This document shows, one piece after another, positions 10,352-19,948 of a stretch of DNA of 64,000 bases. The DNA comes from Escherichia coli 042 (GTDB lineage Bacteria > Pseudomonadota > Gammaproteobacteria > Enterobacterales > Enterobacteriaceae). Below the pieces are notes generated by a model. The model was given only the letters and a program-made list of their open reading frames with translations, searched no databases and was not told where the DNA came from. The stretch is taken from the NCBI RefSeq assembly GCF_000027125.1, contig NC_017626.1. One strand, written 5' to 3'. Within the stretch, counting starts at the first letter, position 1, and each line of letters opens with the position of its first letter. The position numbers were made by a program, and so were the translations under genes.

Positions 10352-11860
10352 ATGGCTATTTTTCATCTGGATTTTAAAATTGTGAAACGTTCTGAAGGCA
10401 GATCTTCCGTTGCGAAAGCTGCCTATCATGCTCGTACACGTATAACAGATGAAAGAACAGGTGATACCTATGATTATAGTCGCCGTACCGATTTATACGG
10501 ACATTTCATATTAGCACCAATTAATGCTCCAGAACATATCGTGAAAGACTCTACAGCATTGTGGAATGAAGTTGAAAGAGTTGAGCGCCAGAGCAATGGT
10601 CAAACATCCCGTTATTTCGATGTTGCCATACCTGCCGAGTTAAACAATGACGACAAGAAAAGACTTGTCCTTGAGTATTGTCAGAAAAATTTCGTTGATA
10701 AAGGCATGATTGCCGATATCGCTTTCCACGATCTTGATAGCGATAATCCTCATGCTCACGTTATGTTGACATTAAAAACCATAGGCCCTGAAGGTTTTGG
10801 TAAAAAAGAAAGAAGCTGGAACGACAGAAAAATGTCTGTTATATGGCGTGAATCATGGGCATCTATGGCTAACAGCTACCTTGCTGCCGCTGGCTCGTCA
10901 GAACGTATTGACCATCGTTCTCTTCAGGCCCAGCATGAAGAGGCATTAGAAAAAGCGGCGGTAGCTTTAGATAATGAAGAAAAAGCGCTATGGCTTGCTA
11001 AAGCCGCTGAAACAAACCGTCCTCCAATGAAGCGTATCCATAGTGCCAAATGGCGTAGTAAAGCAGCACAAGAGCAAAGAGCAGCAGAACAGGCTGTTCG
11101 TGATGCTGCCAAGCAGGAAGCGGTTGAAGTCTACAAGACTTTCAGCGAACTTGATCTTGAAATCGTCGTTGATGTCAGAAGCTTCACCGTGGCTGCTCTT
11201 GCTGAACCAGAAGAGATTGTATTACCAGAAACGCGCTCCGGCTCTTCTTCTCATGAAGCACAAAGTCCTGTATTGGTAGCGCCTATTCCTCATACTCATG
11301 TGCGTGGAGTTAAATCTTACCGCGATAAAGAAAAAGTGAGTAAAGTTGTCATTAATAATATATCAGAACCAAATGTTGCTGATGCTGACATAAACACTCT
11401 TTGGAAAACATCTCCATCTAAAACCAAAAATATGGCATCCAAAAGTACCGCTGAAAGTGTTAAAAGGAAACAGGCTAATCCGCGTCAGGATAATATCTTT
11501 AAACGCTTTACAACGCTTTTGATCGGTTTCTTCAAAGAGAAATTTATATGGGCTAAGAAGAAACCTGATCCTACCGAGATTGAACATGACAGGCATGTAG
11601 CAGAAAATTACGTCTTTGATGAAGTGCTGGGTGTCTATGTATCACGCGCTGACCATGAACAACGAGCCAGATTCAACGGTGATGATAAAGAGTTCTCTGG
11701 TTACAAGCCAACACCTGATGAGATTAAGCGTTTTCCAAGCCGTCTAGCTAATACAGCACAAACTGATAGAGAGCTCGACTACATGCCTTCGCTCGTGGCT
11801 GATAAGAAATCGTTAGCACCTAAATTGAAACCAAATGCTCCCTATAAAAATAGATTATAA
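10352..11860 (+). CDS. mobA: Relaxase, MobA/MobL (MOBQ) family
   Basis: N-terminus MAIFHLDFKIVKRSEGRSSVAKAAYHARTR and NPHAHVMLT (HxH) motif parallel RSF1010 MobA (MAIYHL..., NPHCHLMIS). Confidence 0.85.
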   Translation: MAIFHLDFKIVKRSEGRSSVAKAAYHARTRITDERTGDTYDYSRRTDLYGHFILAPINAPEHIVKDSTALWNEVERVERQSNGQTSRYFDVAIPAELNNDDKKRLVLEYCQKNFVDKGMIADIAFHDLDSDNPHAHVMLTLKTIGPEGFGKKERSWNDRKMSVIWRESWASMANSYLAAAGSSERIDHRSLQAQHEEALEKAAVALDNEEKALWLAKAAETNRPPMKRIHSAKWRSKAAQEQRAAEQAVRDAAKQEAVEVYKTFSELDLEIVVDVRSFTVAALAEPEEIVLPETRSGSSSHEAQSPVLVAPIPHTHVRGVKSYRDKEKVSKVVINNISEPNVADADINTLWKTSPSKTKNMASKSTAESVKRKQANPRQDNIFKRFTTLLIGFFKEKFIWAKKKPDPTEIEHDRHVAENYVFDEVLGVYVSRADHEQRARFNGDDKEFSGYKPTPDEIKRFPSRLANTAQTDRELDYMPSLVADKKSLAPKLKPNAPYKNRL

Positions 11861-12097
11861 ATGATAATATAATTCCCAAAAATATATCTTTCCCCTAAAG
11901 ATTGACCATATCATATACTAAATAACATCATGACTATATTCCTAAGTACTCAAAACCTTGAATTCTATCAACTAAAATGGTATATTATTTTGTTTTTTTG
12001 ATTTTCAATTGCATTGTGATAAGATATTTCATACATTGATTGAGAATATTAAAGAAACGATAATGTATCTTACTTTCATCAATTAGTCGAGGTTATC

Positions 12098-12628
12098 ATG
12101 TCAACTCCTGAGGATGCTTTCAAAAAAAAATTACTAGCTGCTCAACAAGAAAAAGATGAACTTGTTAGGAAAAATCAAATTGATGCAGAGCGTAAAAAAC
12201 AAATCATTGCTGAAAAAATTAGTTTTTATCAAAAACACCAAAATGATTTCATACAACAAGTTATTGAATGGGCCAGTAGTGCAGATTTAAATATCTCATC
12301 ACTTAACATTAGTTATTACGATTATGGTCATTTATTTCAAACAACAGGCATAAGCATTGAATATGATGGTAAAAAAGTTCAGTTTATTCCGCAAGGAGTA
12401 GAACGTGGAACTTTTCTAGGTATCATAAAATTAGATTTTACTAACGCAAATTCATTCATTCAATACTATTTCGGTTTGTCTGCCAATAAAAATGAAGCCG
12501 AACCATATTGGACTTTTGTTCAATATGATACTCAAAACCCTAGTGCTTGGCAGGAAAACTCAAAGCGCATGTCAAAAGAGCTATTCTTTGAAATAATTGA
12601 AAGTATATTACTTCCACCAAAATCATGA
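12098..12628 (+). CDS. Hypothetical protein (176 aa)
   Basis: ORF in AT-rich island DNA; no recognisable motif. Confidence 0.5.
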   Translation: MSTPEDAFKKKLLAAQQEKDELVRKNQIDAERKKQIIAEKISFYQKHQNDFIQQVIEWASSADLNISSLNISYYDYGHLFQTTGISIEYDGKKVQFIPQGVERGTFLGIIKLDFTNANSFIQYYFGLSANKNEAEPYWTFVQYDTQNPSAWQENSKRMSKELFFEIIESILLPPKS

Positions 12629-12947
12629 ATATTGAATATTAGAAAAGCACTCAAGCAGTGCTTTTCTAAATACCATACTCATTTCATTATAAATGAACCT
12701 CGATTTTAATAATTTATACCCTGCCCCCATAATCTTTAATTGCCATATTTATTAATACTGAGATTTAAGCTGTGAGATATATATTTAATATAAAACCACG
12801 ATCGTGTGATAAGACGTTTTCTATATTTACTGGAAATATTAAAATCAAACTCTCCGCTTAAACATAACATTATCATTTATGCCTTGCTATTGGTAAGTAT
12901 TAATTTTTTATCTATACAAGAATCTATTATTCAGATAAAGATTCATC

Positions 12948-13208
12948 TTATTCCGCCCTGTCATAAAAATAAAATGACCAAGCATCACAGAACCATTTAA
13001 TATTTTTATCATCAGATGGATATTCATATCCTTTAAGATTCTCTTTGAGAAAAGATATTTGTGATGGCATCAGCATCCCAACAAGTATCTTTATTAGATC
13101 TTCTGAAGGATATTTATCAAACTCATCTCTGTTAATACCTGTTTTTTCTTCAATGATCACTGAAGCTTTAACTATCTCACATAAAACATCATCTTTTTTA
13201 TTTCTCAT
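12948..13208 (-). CDS. Hypothetical small protein (about 86 aa)
   Basis: ATG at 13208 preceded by AAGGAG Shine-Dalgarno; ORF-track start 13292 less likely. Confidence 0.5.
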   Translation of the reverse strand: MRNKKDDVLCEIVKASVIIEEKTGINRDEFDKYPSEDLIKILVGMLMPSQISFLKENLKGYEYPSDDKNIKWFCDAWSFYFYDRAE

Positions 13209-13379
13209 TATTATCTCCTTTATTGTTTTATATTTAATACCATATAAACAATAAATGTCAAAAATATTTAAAGACAATTTAAGAACAATCAACCCTGAAT
13301 GTATTTGATATGTTGTTCAATACAATAAGCCCTGTATCAAACAGGGCTATATGAATTAAAGGTTACAGATTAAAAAAAC

Positions 13380-14030
13380 TTACCAGCTATCATTATTTCG
13401 CTTTTCAATTGCATCACGATAACGCTGTTGTTCCACAACATCCAGATTTGGATCAAATAACACACTTGATCCTTTCACAGCAATATCGGCATCAATCTCT
13501 GATTGGGGAGCATAGGCCTTATAACCATTAGGCTGTGAAGTGGCTGTGCGGATATATGTCCCATAGTGTTTCCCATTCATAGAACAACCGATGTAAGCCA
13601 ACAGGCAGGCAAACAGGAAAAAGAATGTCCATACTGTATTATAGCCGTTAATCGTATATCCACTTCCATTCACATCTGAAAACACGCCATTAAACCTGAC
13701 CGCATAGACAATCAGGAACGATGAAAGGATAACGGTTCTGCTTTTACCAACAGTTAAATGTTTACGCACAAATTTCACTGTTGGTAGTAGAGTGACCATA
13801 AAAAGAGCGATAGCAACACATACCAGCCATATAGGAAACAGTCCATATTTTTGTGTAATGTTCTGCGATACCGTCACCAAGGACAGCACCAAGAAGGCGT
13901 TGAGCAGAAAAAGTCTGACCGCCATCCATACCTTCACGTTCTTTTGCGTCTTACGGAGAAACAGCATCGGAGTCAGTGATGGTATGTTCATCAGCAGACC
14001 GATGATAAGCACCCAATAGATAGAGTTCAT
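13380..14030 (-). CDS. Polytopic inner-membrane protein (216 aa), unknown function
   Basis: Several hydrophobic helices; last gene of a three-gene minus-strand operon. Confidence 0.6.
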   Translation of the reverse strand: MNSIYWVLIIGLLMNIPSLTPMLFLRKTQKNVKVWMAVRLFLLNAFLVLSLVTVSQNITQKYGLFPIWLVCVAIALFMVTLLPTVKFVRKHLTVGKSRTVILSSFLIVYAVRFNGVFSDVNGSGYTINGYNTVWTFFFLFACLLAYIGCSMNGKHYGTYIRTATSQPNGYKAYAPQSEIDADIAVKGSSVLFDPNLDVVEQQRYRDAIEKRNNDSW

Positions 14031-14046
14031 AGCGTTCTTCCTGTAA

Positions 14047-14601
14047 TTACCGGGCTTGCCAACCGTTATTGATTTTCACCAGAACAATTTTGGCTTCTTC
14101 TGGTTCAGACATCCCTTTCACGCCAGAGAAGGCATTTTTATCAACCCAGCCCGGCACGCCATCCAGTTTCCACGTATAGGTCACTTGCGTCATTTTAACG
14201 CCATTACCCTCACTCGGTTCAGTCCAGCTTTTAACCTCAGCTACGGCACGGTGACCAACACAGGCACCATCTTTACGATCCCAAAACTCAACCTCTTGGC
14301 CTTTGTCTGTTACTTCCAGAACATCTACGCTGCTAAAGCCGTTAGGTTGCTGCGAAACATCAAGCAGTCCCTGATTAGCCAGACCTTTCAAGATTTCATC
14401 ACTGGCACTGTATCCAGCAGAACGATAGCCATGGTTGACCTTAACCGGAAAACCTTTATTGAACGTAAAGTCATTGTCCTGAAGGGAGTAGCAGACCTTA
14501 GATTTTGATATATGCTCGTTTATCGCTTTCTCAAAGTCGCCTTTTTCACCGCAGCCTGATAACAACACGGCAAGTCCTGCAATGACTAAAAATTTACTCA
14601 T
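14047..14601 (-). CDS. Lipoprotein (184 aa), unknown function
   Basis: Signal peptide with lipobox LLSGC (MSKFLVIAGLAVLLSGC). Confidence 0.65.
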   Translation of the reverse strand: MSKFLVIAGLAVLLSGCGEKGDFEKAINEHISKSKVCYSLQDNDFTFNKGFPVKVNHGYRSAGYSASDEILKGLANQGLLDVSQQPNGFSSVDVLEVTDKGQEVEFWDRKDGACVGHRAVAEVKSWTEPSEGNGVKMTQVTYTWKLDGVPGWVDKNAFSGVKGMSEPEEAKIVLVKINNGWQAR

Positions 14602-14615
14602 GGTTCTTATTCCTT

Positions 14616-15194
14616 TTAATGATTGATAGTGCCGTTTCTCAGAACAACCAGACGAACTGGCATATCGGCATTGTTTACTGTGGCGAAGCCACGAACTTCG
14701 AAGTTGTTGACTGTTCCAGTGACACTGACTTTCTGGCCTTTCTTGTAAGTAAGAACCGCATCATCAATACCAGAGTAGTAATCCAGCCAGACCATCCCGC
14801 CGCAGTAGCTTGTATCGGCTGTTTTAAAGAGCAGATAATAATTAGGGGCTGATTTGGGCATTCCCGTCATCATATCGCTGGCACTTCTGCCCTTCGTAAC
14901 CTCAAGAACAGTGGCATTGGTGATAGCGATCCTTTTGCCAGTCCATTTTTTTTCTGCTGCCATCGCATTTTCTTCATAGTCTTTGCAGACAGCACCAAGG
15001 CCAGTAATGGACGTCGCTGGACCACTATCCTGACCGGAAGCTGAAACCCGCAGCGCTTTATCAACGGTGCTGTTCAATGATGCCAGTGAAGAGTTAATTG
15101 CCCCATTAACGCTATTCACGCCTTCGTTGAGTTGCTGGCAGCCAGAAAGAAACACCAGAGAGATCGCCAGTGGTAAGAAGTTATGTCCTTTCAT
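14616..15194 (-). CDS. Lipoprotein (192 aa), unknown function
   Basis: Signal peptide with lipobox FLSGC (MKGHNFLPLAISLVFLSGC); first gene of the operon. Confidence 0.65.
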   Translation of the reverse strand: MKGHNFLPLAISLVFLSGCQQLNEGVNSVNGAINSSLASLNSTVDKALRVSASGQDSGPATSITGLGAVCKDYEENAMAAEKKWTGKRIAITNATVLEVTKGRSASDMMTGMPKSAPNYYLLFKTADTSYCGGMVWLDYYSGIDDAVLTYKKGQKVSVTGTVNNFEVRGFATVNNADMPVRLVVLRNGTINH

Positions 15195-15317
15195 TTATTC
15201 CTCAAGGATTTAGTCAGATTCGTATACCCCAATCCCGGCGCACTGACCTATAGATCAGGAGTTATCGTCTAATCAATTGATAGAATTGAATTATTTTTAG
15301 TGTTCGTCACATCGTTT

Positions 15318-15460
15318 AAATCGATCGATATAAAACAAATGATAGACTCAGGCTATCATAGATAATATATCGATCGATAATATCAATTAAAAAACCGATC
15401 GATAAATCACTTTCAATCGTTAATGCCTATCAATATAAATTTATCGATCGATTTTACAGA
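15318..15460. promoter_or_regulatory. Four copies of the palindrome (A)TCGATCGAT(A), each with a Dam GATC site, in the divergent promoter region
   Basis: Copies near 15321, 15370, 15396 and 15444 with spacings about 49/26/48 bp; additional inverted repeat GATAG-N7-CTATC at 15341-15359. Confidence 0.6.
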
Positions 15461-15529
15461 TCATTTTGCTTGAGTATGTTGGCACTGGCGGCTATGCTGG
15501 GCTGAGATAAAGCAGTAAAACAGAGAGGG

Positions 15530-15985
15530 ATGAGCATGGAAAACAACAACGAGCGAAGCTCTATGGAAATCTTCGAAAAAGATCAAAAAATCGCTTTTGT
15601 TGACTCGTTCAGCGATGCTGCTTTGTCTTACGAATACGAACAGGCGGGCTTCACCATTAATTTAATGCAACGCTCGGTTCTTCTCTTTAACCATAATATA
15701 AAGAAAAACGTAACTGCCAAGCAGTTGCGTAAAAATAATATAAAGAATAACGTAATGTCTTCGACATTGCGTAAAAATATGAACAGCACATTTATATATT
15801 CATATAACAACATCAGGGAAATCAACTACTCGCTGCCTGATTGCAGATCCGATGATGCCGAGAACTGTATTATGATTGATGATGTATTAAATCCAGTCTG
15901 GACGTTCAGGGTTCCATCTCACGCACATTATATTTGCGAGCAATGGGTGGAAGTATTTAATAACCATATTTTCTTTGACCCATAA
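15530..15985 (+). CDS. Hypothetical protein (151 aa)
   Basis: ORF downstream of the GATC-palindrome region; low GC. Confidence 0.5.
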   Translation: MSMENNNERSSMEIFEKDQKIAFVDSFSDAALSYEYEQAGFTINLMQRSVLLFNHNIKKNVTAKQLRKNNIKNNVMSSTLRKNMNSTFIYSYNNIREINYSLPDCRSDDAENCIMIDDVLNPVWTFRVPSHAHYICEQWVEVFNNHIFFDP

Positions 15986-16110
15986 ACAAAGTATTAAGCA
16001 AAAGGAAAATAAATATCTGACTAATGATATTAATTAATAGAATTATTTGCTTTTTAGCAAATTAATGTTTAATTATATACACATAGAATAATTGATATCG
16101 AGGTATATTT

Positions 16111-16581
16111 ATGTCTGGGAAAAATCCTTTTTGGAATTATGATTATAATGCGGCGCAACGTAATAGAGAAATTGTAGACTCTTACCAACAGGCAAATGAG
16201 GCAAGGCTGGATTCTCAACAGGCGCAGTTTGAAGCGTCTATGGCTAATGACAGGGTTAGCAGAATACAGATGCAGTTGAATAACACAATCAATAGCCATA
16301 AGAAGGTTGTGGCTGATTATGAGCAACGTCTTGAAGAATATAAACAAAATTTCTTTCGTGTAGCTTTACATAAAAACATTCTCTTCAGAACGGTTCGCAG
16401 ACTTCAGGAGGAATGGCCGGATAAAAATGAATTCATCCTTGATGAAATGCAAAGACAAAGAATTTTGTGTAATCAGCAGGACTATAGAGAAAGATGGTGG
16501 AATGCCATAAAAGATAATAATCTTGCTGACGATTATCTTGAGTTTCCATTTCCTAATAGAGAGATAAAAAACAAACCATAA
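16111..16581 (+). CDS. Hypothetical protein (156 aa), charged and Gln/Glu-rich
   Basis: ORF with ATG start; no recognisable catalytic motif. Confidence 0.5.
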   Translation: MSGKNPFWNYDYNAAQRNREIVDSYQQANEARLDSQQAQFEASMANDRVSRIQMQLNNTINSHKKVVADYEQRLEEYKQNFFRVALHKNILFRTVRRLQEEWPDKNEFILDEMQRQRILCNQQDYRERWWNAIKDNNLADDYLEFPFPNREIKNKP

Positions 16582-16695
16582 TAAGTAATTAACTATTCGT
16601 TCATAACATTATATTTATTTTAATAAGACACTAACCTGCTGTGTCTCCTAAAAACACGCCTATACATCAACCATCCATTTTATGGAATACTCATC

Positions 16696-16974
16696 ATGAC
16701 AACTACTTTGCATCCAAATTACGTTGTTGTATCAAAGCTAATATCTAAGTTTGACATTACACATGATAGTAGAGATGAGAATATTAATATCTTGATTTCT
16801 GTCATTTATGACTTGGATAACGGCAATACAATCGAATACTACATTAATAATCAGGAAGAGGCCGAGAAAAAATGCATTGAGAAAAACAGATTTTCAAGGA
16901 AATTTAAAAACCGCATTGATAATATATCACCTGAAGAAATCCGCTCGGCTAAAGATAATCACAAACCCAAATAA
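16696..16974 (+). CDS. Hypothetical small protein (92 aa)
   Basis: ORF co-oriented with neighbours. Confidence 0.45.
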   Translation: MTTTLHPNYVVVSKLISKFDITHDSRDENINILISVIYDLDNGNTIEYYINNQEEAEKKCIEKNRFSRKFKNRIDNISPEEIRSAKDNHKPK

Positions 16975-17097
16975 TAAATTTGAACTCAGGATGGAACTAA
17001 TGTCTATACCGTATAATGTATTGATTTTGTGCACAGGAACGATTAAAACTATGATGTTATTGCTTGTATTCTTTACCACAAACATTAGGGAAATCGC

Positions 17098-17505
17098 ATG
17101 TCTGATGCTTTAAAGATCATCAACAATATTCGTACTCTCCGTGCTCAGGCTCGTGAACTGACACTCGAAACCTTGGAAGAGATGTTAGAAAAACTCACTA
17201 TCGTTGTAGAAGAACGTCGTGAAGAAGAGGCCTCATTTCTAAAACAGCAGGAAGAGAAACAGGCCAAGCTGGAAGCATTCCGTCAGAAGTTGTTGGAAGA
17301 TGGCATAGACCCGGCAGAGTTGCTTTCAACTGTTAGCCCATCTTCTTCCAAGACAGGAGCGAAACGCGCCCCACGTCCAGCTAAGTATAAATATGTTGAT
17401 ACCGATGGTTCGGAAAAGACGTGGACAGGTCAGGGCCGAACTCCTCGTGCTATCGCTGCTGCGCTCGAAGCCGGTAAGACACTGGAAGATTTCGAGATCA
17501 AGTAA
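17098..17505 (+). CDS. H-NS family nucleoid-associated protein, island-encoded paralogue
   Basis: 135 aa; ...[23 protein letters not shown]...[25 protein letters not shown] parallels the StpA encoded at 50350-50754 in this window. Confidence 0.85.
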   Translation: MSDALKIINNIRTLRAQARELTLETLEEMLEKLTIVVEERREEEASFLKQQEEKQAKLEAFRQKLLEDGIDPAELLSTVSPSSSKTGAKRAPRPAKYKYVDTDGSEKTWTGQGRTPRAIAAALEAGKTLEDFEIK

Positions 17506-17517
17506 TCTTCATACCAT

Positions 17518-18066
17518 ATGTCTACCAAATCCGCTCATTTTTCTTGGGCGGGTTTGTTGAACCAACCTACAGGGATTAACATGCCAATAAAAGAGTTCTT
17601 AATTATGAAATCAAAAGCCTTTATTAACTTCATGCGCACTGAACTAAAAAACACATTTACAACTTCTCCTTGCGAAAATAAATTAAGAAAGGCTATTTTT
17701 ATTTTTTCTTTATTAAATGCCTTAAATATCATAGGTTATTACATCCTCACATATAGTATGCAAATCCTGTTCCTGTTGCCTATTATTTGGGGAGGGTTAT
17801 TAGCACACGGGACTTACAAACGCTATGGAGATTTGCTTAGATCTGGTTCTGATTGTGCTCTTTTTCTGGTGGCTACTATTACATCAGCATATCTCGTCAT
17901 TAACACAGCAAGTGATGATGTCGATTTTTTTGAAAAGCATATGATAAATGGATTAGGTTTTTTGATTACATATGTTTTTGCTGTAGCTGCATCCGTTCGT
18001 TTTTATATCAGTGCAATAGATTTATATAATAGCTTTATTTCTTTTAAAAAATCAAAAGAAAAATGA
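17518..18066 (+). CDS. Membrane protein (182 aa), unknown function
   Basis: Hydrophobic helices; immediately downstream of the H-NS paralogue. Confidence 0.5.
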   Translation: MSTKSAHFSWAGLLNQPTGINMPIKEFLIMKSKAFINFMRTELKNTFTTSPCENKLRKAIFIFSLLNALNIIGYYILTYSMQILFLLPIIWGGLLAHGTYKRYGDLLRSGSDCALFLVATITSAYLVINTASDDVDFFEKHMINGLGFLITYVFAVAASVRFYISAIDLYNSFISFKKSKEK

Positions 18067-18324
18067 AATCACTCATCCTTAGAGTCCATATCTGCCCTGA
18101 GGATGATATACCAAAATACATGTATAAAGATAAACAATAAATTAAATGCATAAACCTTTTGATTCATTGCTATTAAGTTCACAAAAACACTCACAATAAG
18201 AAATAAATAGTTCTTTTTTCTATGTTCTTTTAGATACCTGATGAATAACATAATAACCTCCATATTGAAAATATGGAAATTATTTAACATCTATCATTAA
18301 TAAGTCAAGGCAGTCTACAGGAAT

Positions 18325-19578
18325 TTATTCACTTGCCTGAGTCGCTCTTGTCGCATTTGTTTTTAAATTATTCAGCATTTGCTTATCAACCGGTTGCAGT
18401 TGTTGTCCTAACAGAGCCGCAAGCAAAATATTTGTGTCTTCTGTTCTTTCGATTTGAAGCATTTGTAATCTTAAATCAAGTGCCTGCATTCTTGCCTGCT
18501 CATGCGCAGTTTCTTTTTCATCAGCACTACTGATTTTTACCTGCCAAGCGTCAGCACCTGTTGTATCTGCATAGCGTGAATAGATCTCATATCTTAACAT
18601 TTCCCACTCTGAAGGATTATCCGGGAATGTTGTGCCGGGAAATAAGGTCGCATACTTGTTTTTTACGGAAGCATCTGACCAAGCAAGGTTTGCTCCCTGC
18701 GTAGAGCCCAATGTGGATCCTATTTTGGCCCCTCTGGAGTTCACTGATATATTACTTGCTTTTTTCATTGCCAGTACGGAATCAATGGCGTTTGTTCCAG
18801 CAGTGCTTCTGGAGACAAAGCTCGAAAAGGCCGATAAATATTCTCGACCTTCATTTGTGTCTTCTAATCCTTTGTTCTTCAATGGTTCAACGGGCAAGTT
18901 CCCTATAAGATTTCTTTTTGCCGCTTCAGCAACCTCAATCTGCTCAACAGAATAGGACTGATTCGAAACCTTATTAGACAATGCATCGGATTTAGATAAT
19001 GGTGGTGTAATCAGGCTTGATGCCGACTTATCTTTATCAGGATACTGACCTATAGTATTACACCCACCTCTGTTATATTTCACATCATCTTCGGAGCAAA
19101 CATTTATTGATACTCTGCCCATGATGTTTTTCTTGGCCTCATTTATTCTGGTATTTGCTTGTGTAAACATCTTAACGCTGTTTTCAGATAAAGCCTCTTT
19201 AGCTGAGCTTGTATTCGATCCTGCTGCACCACGACCACCTGCGCTCGTGACTTCTTCACAGGCGTTGGCATCAGGTATTCTGTTTAAGATATTTTTCATG
19301 CGCTGTTCTTGGATTGCCTGACTGGCATTACTGACAACCGCATTCTTCTGATTCTCACTGGCTGTTATGGTTGCTTGTGCCAGCTTGTCGTTCATTGAGA
19401 CTAATGTTTCAATTATTCCATTGCCCATAGATTGGGGTGAAGCCCCCATAAGATACGGTGTCAAAACCTCTTCTGTGACGGGCCAGACAGCGAAAGCTGT
19501 ATTTGTATATAATACAGAAAAACACAAAGCTGAAACCACTGTTATTCTCTTTACTTTAAATTTATTATTACTCATCAC
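18325..19578 (-). CDS. Secreted/periplasmic protein (417 aa), unknown function
   Basis: N-terminal signal peptide (…LYTNTAFAVWP); third gene of a three-gene minus-strand cluster. Confidence 0.6.
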   Translation of the reverse strand: MMSNNKFKVKRITVVSALCFSVLYTNTAFAVWPVTEEVLTPYLMGASPQSMGNGIIETLVSMNDKLAQATITASENQKNAVVSNASQAIQEQRMKNILNRIPDANACEEVTSAGGRGAAGSNTSSAKEALSENSVKMFTQANTRINEAKKNIMGRVSINVCSEDDVKYNRGGCNTIGQYPDKDKSASSLITPPLSKSDALSNKVSNQSYSVEQIEVAEAAKRNLIGNLPVEPLKNKGLEDTNEGREYLSAFSSFVSRSTAGTNAIDSVLAMKKASNISVNSRGAKIGSTLGSTQGANLAWSDASVKNKYATLFPGTTFPDNPSEWEMLRYEIYSRYADTTGADAWQVKISSADEKETAHEQARMQALDLRLQMLQIERTEDTNILLAALLGQQLQPVDKQMLNNLKTNATRATQASE

Positions 19579-19948
19579 AACACTCCTGTTAACTTATTAC
19601 CTTCTTTATTATTTAACCAATTAAATATGAACTGTCAATTTTAACAAAAATATTCATCTGGCATCCAACTTTAAAATTATTATAAAAGAAGCGTATAAAT
19701 CCAACGAAGTAGATTCCATGAACTAGCGTGGTGCTTTTATAGCTTTATCGATGAAGATAGATAGCATGAAATAACTTTACTTTTACGGGAGCATAAAACT
19801 TTATAAAAGTAATGTTTCCATTCAAAAAAGCCGTAGCAATATTTTATTTTAGATGCAGCCATTTCAACTTTGTTTATAAGAAAAAATATAAAGTGAGTTT
19901 CATTGCAGATAATAATCAGTTAGAAAGAGGACCGAAGCCCTCTTAATA

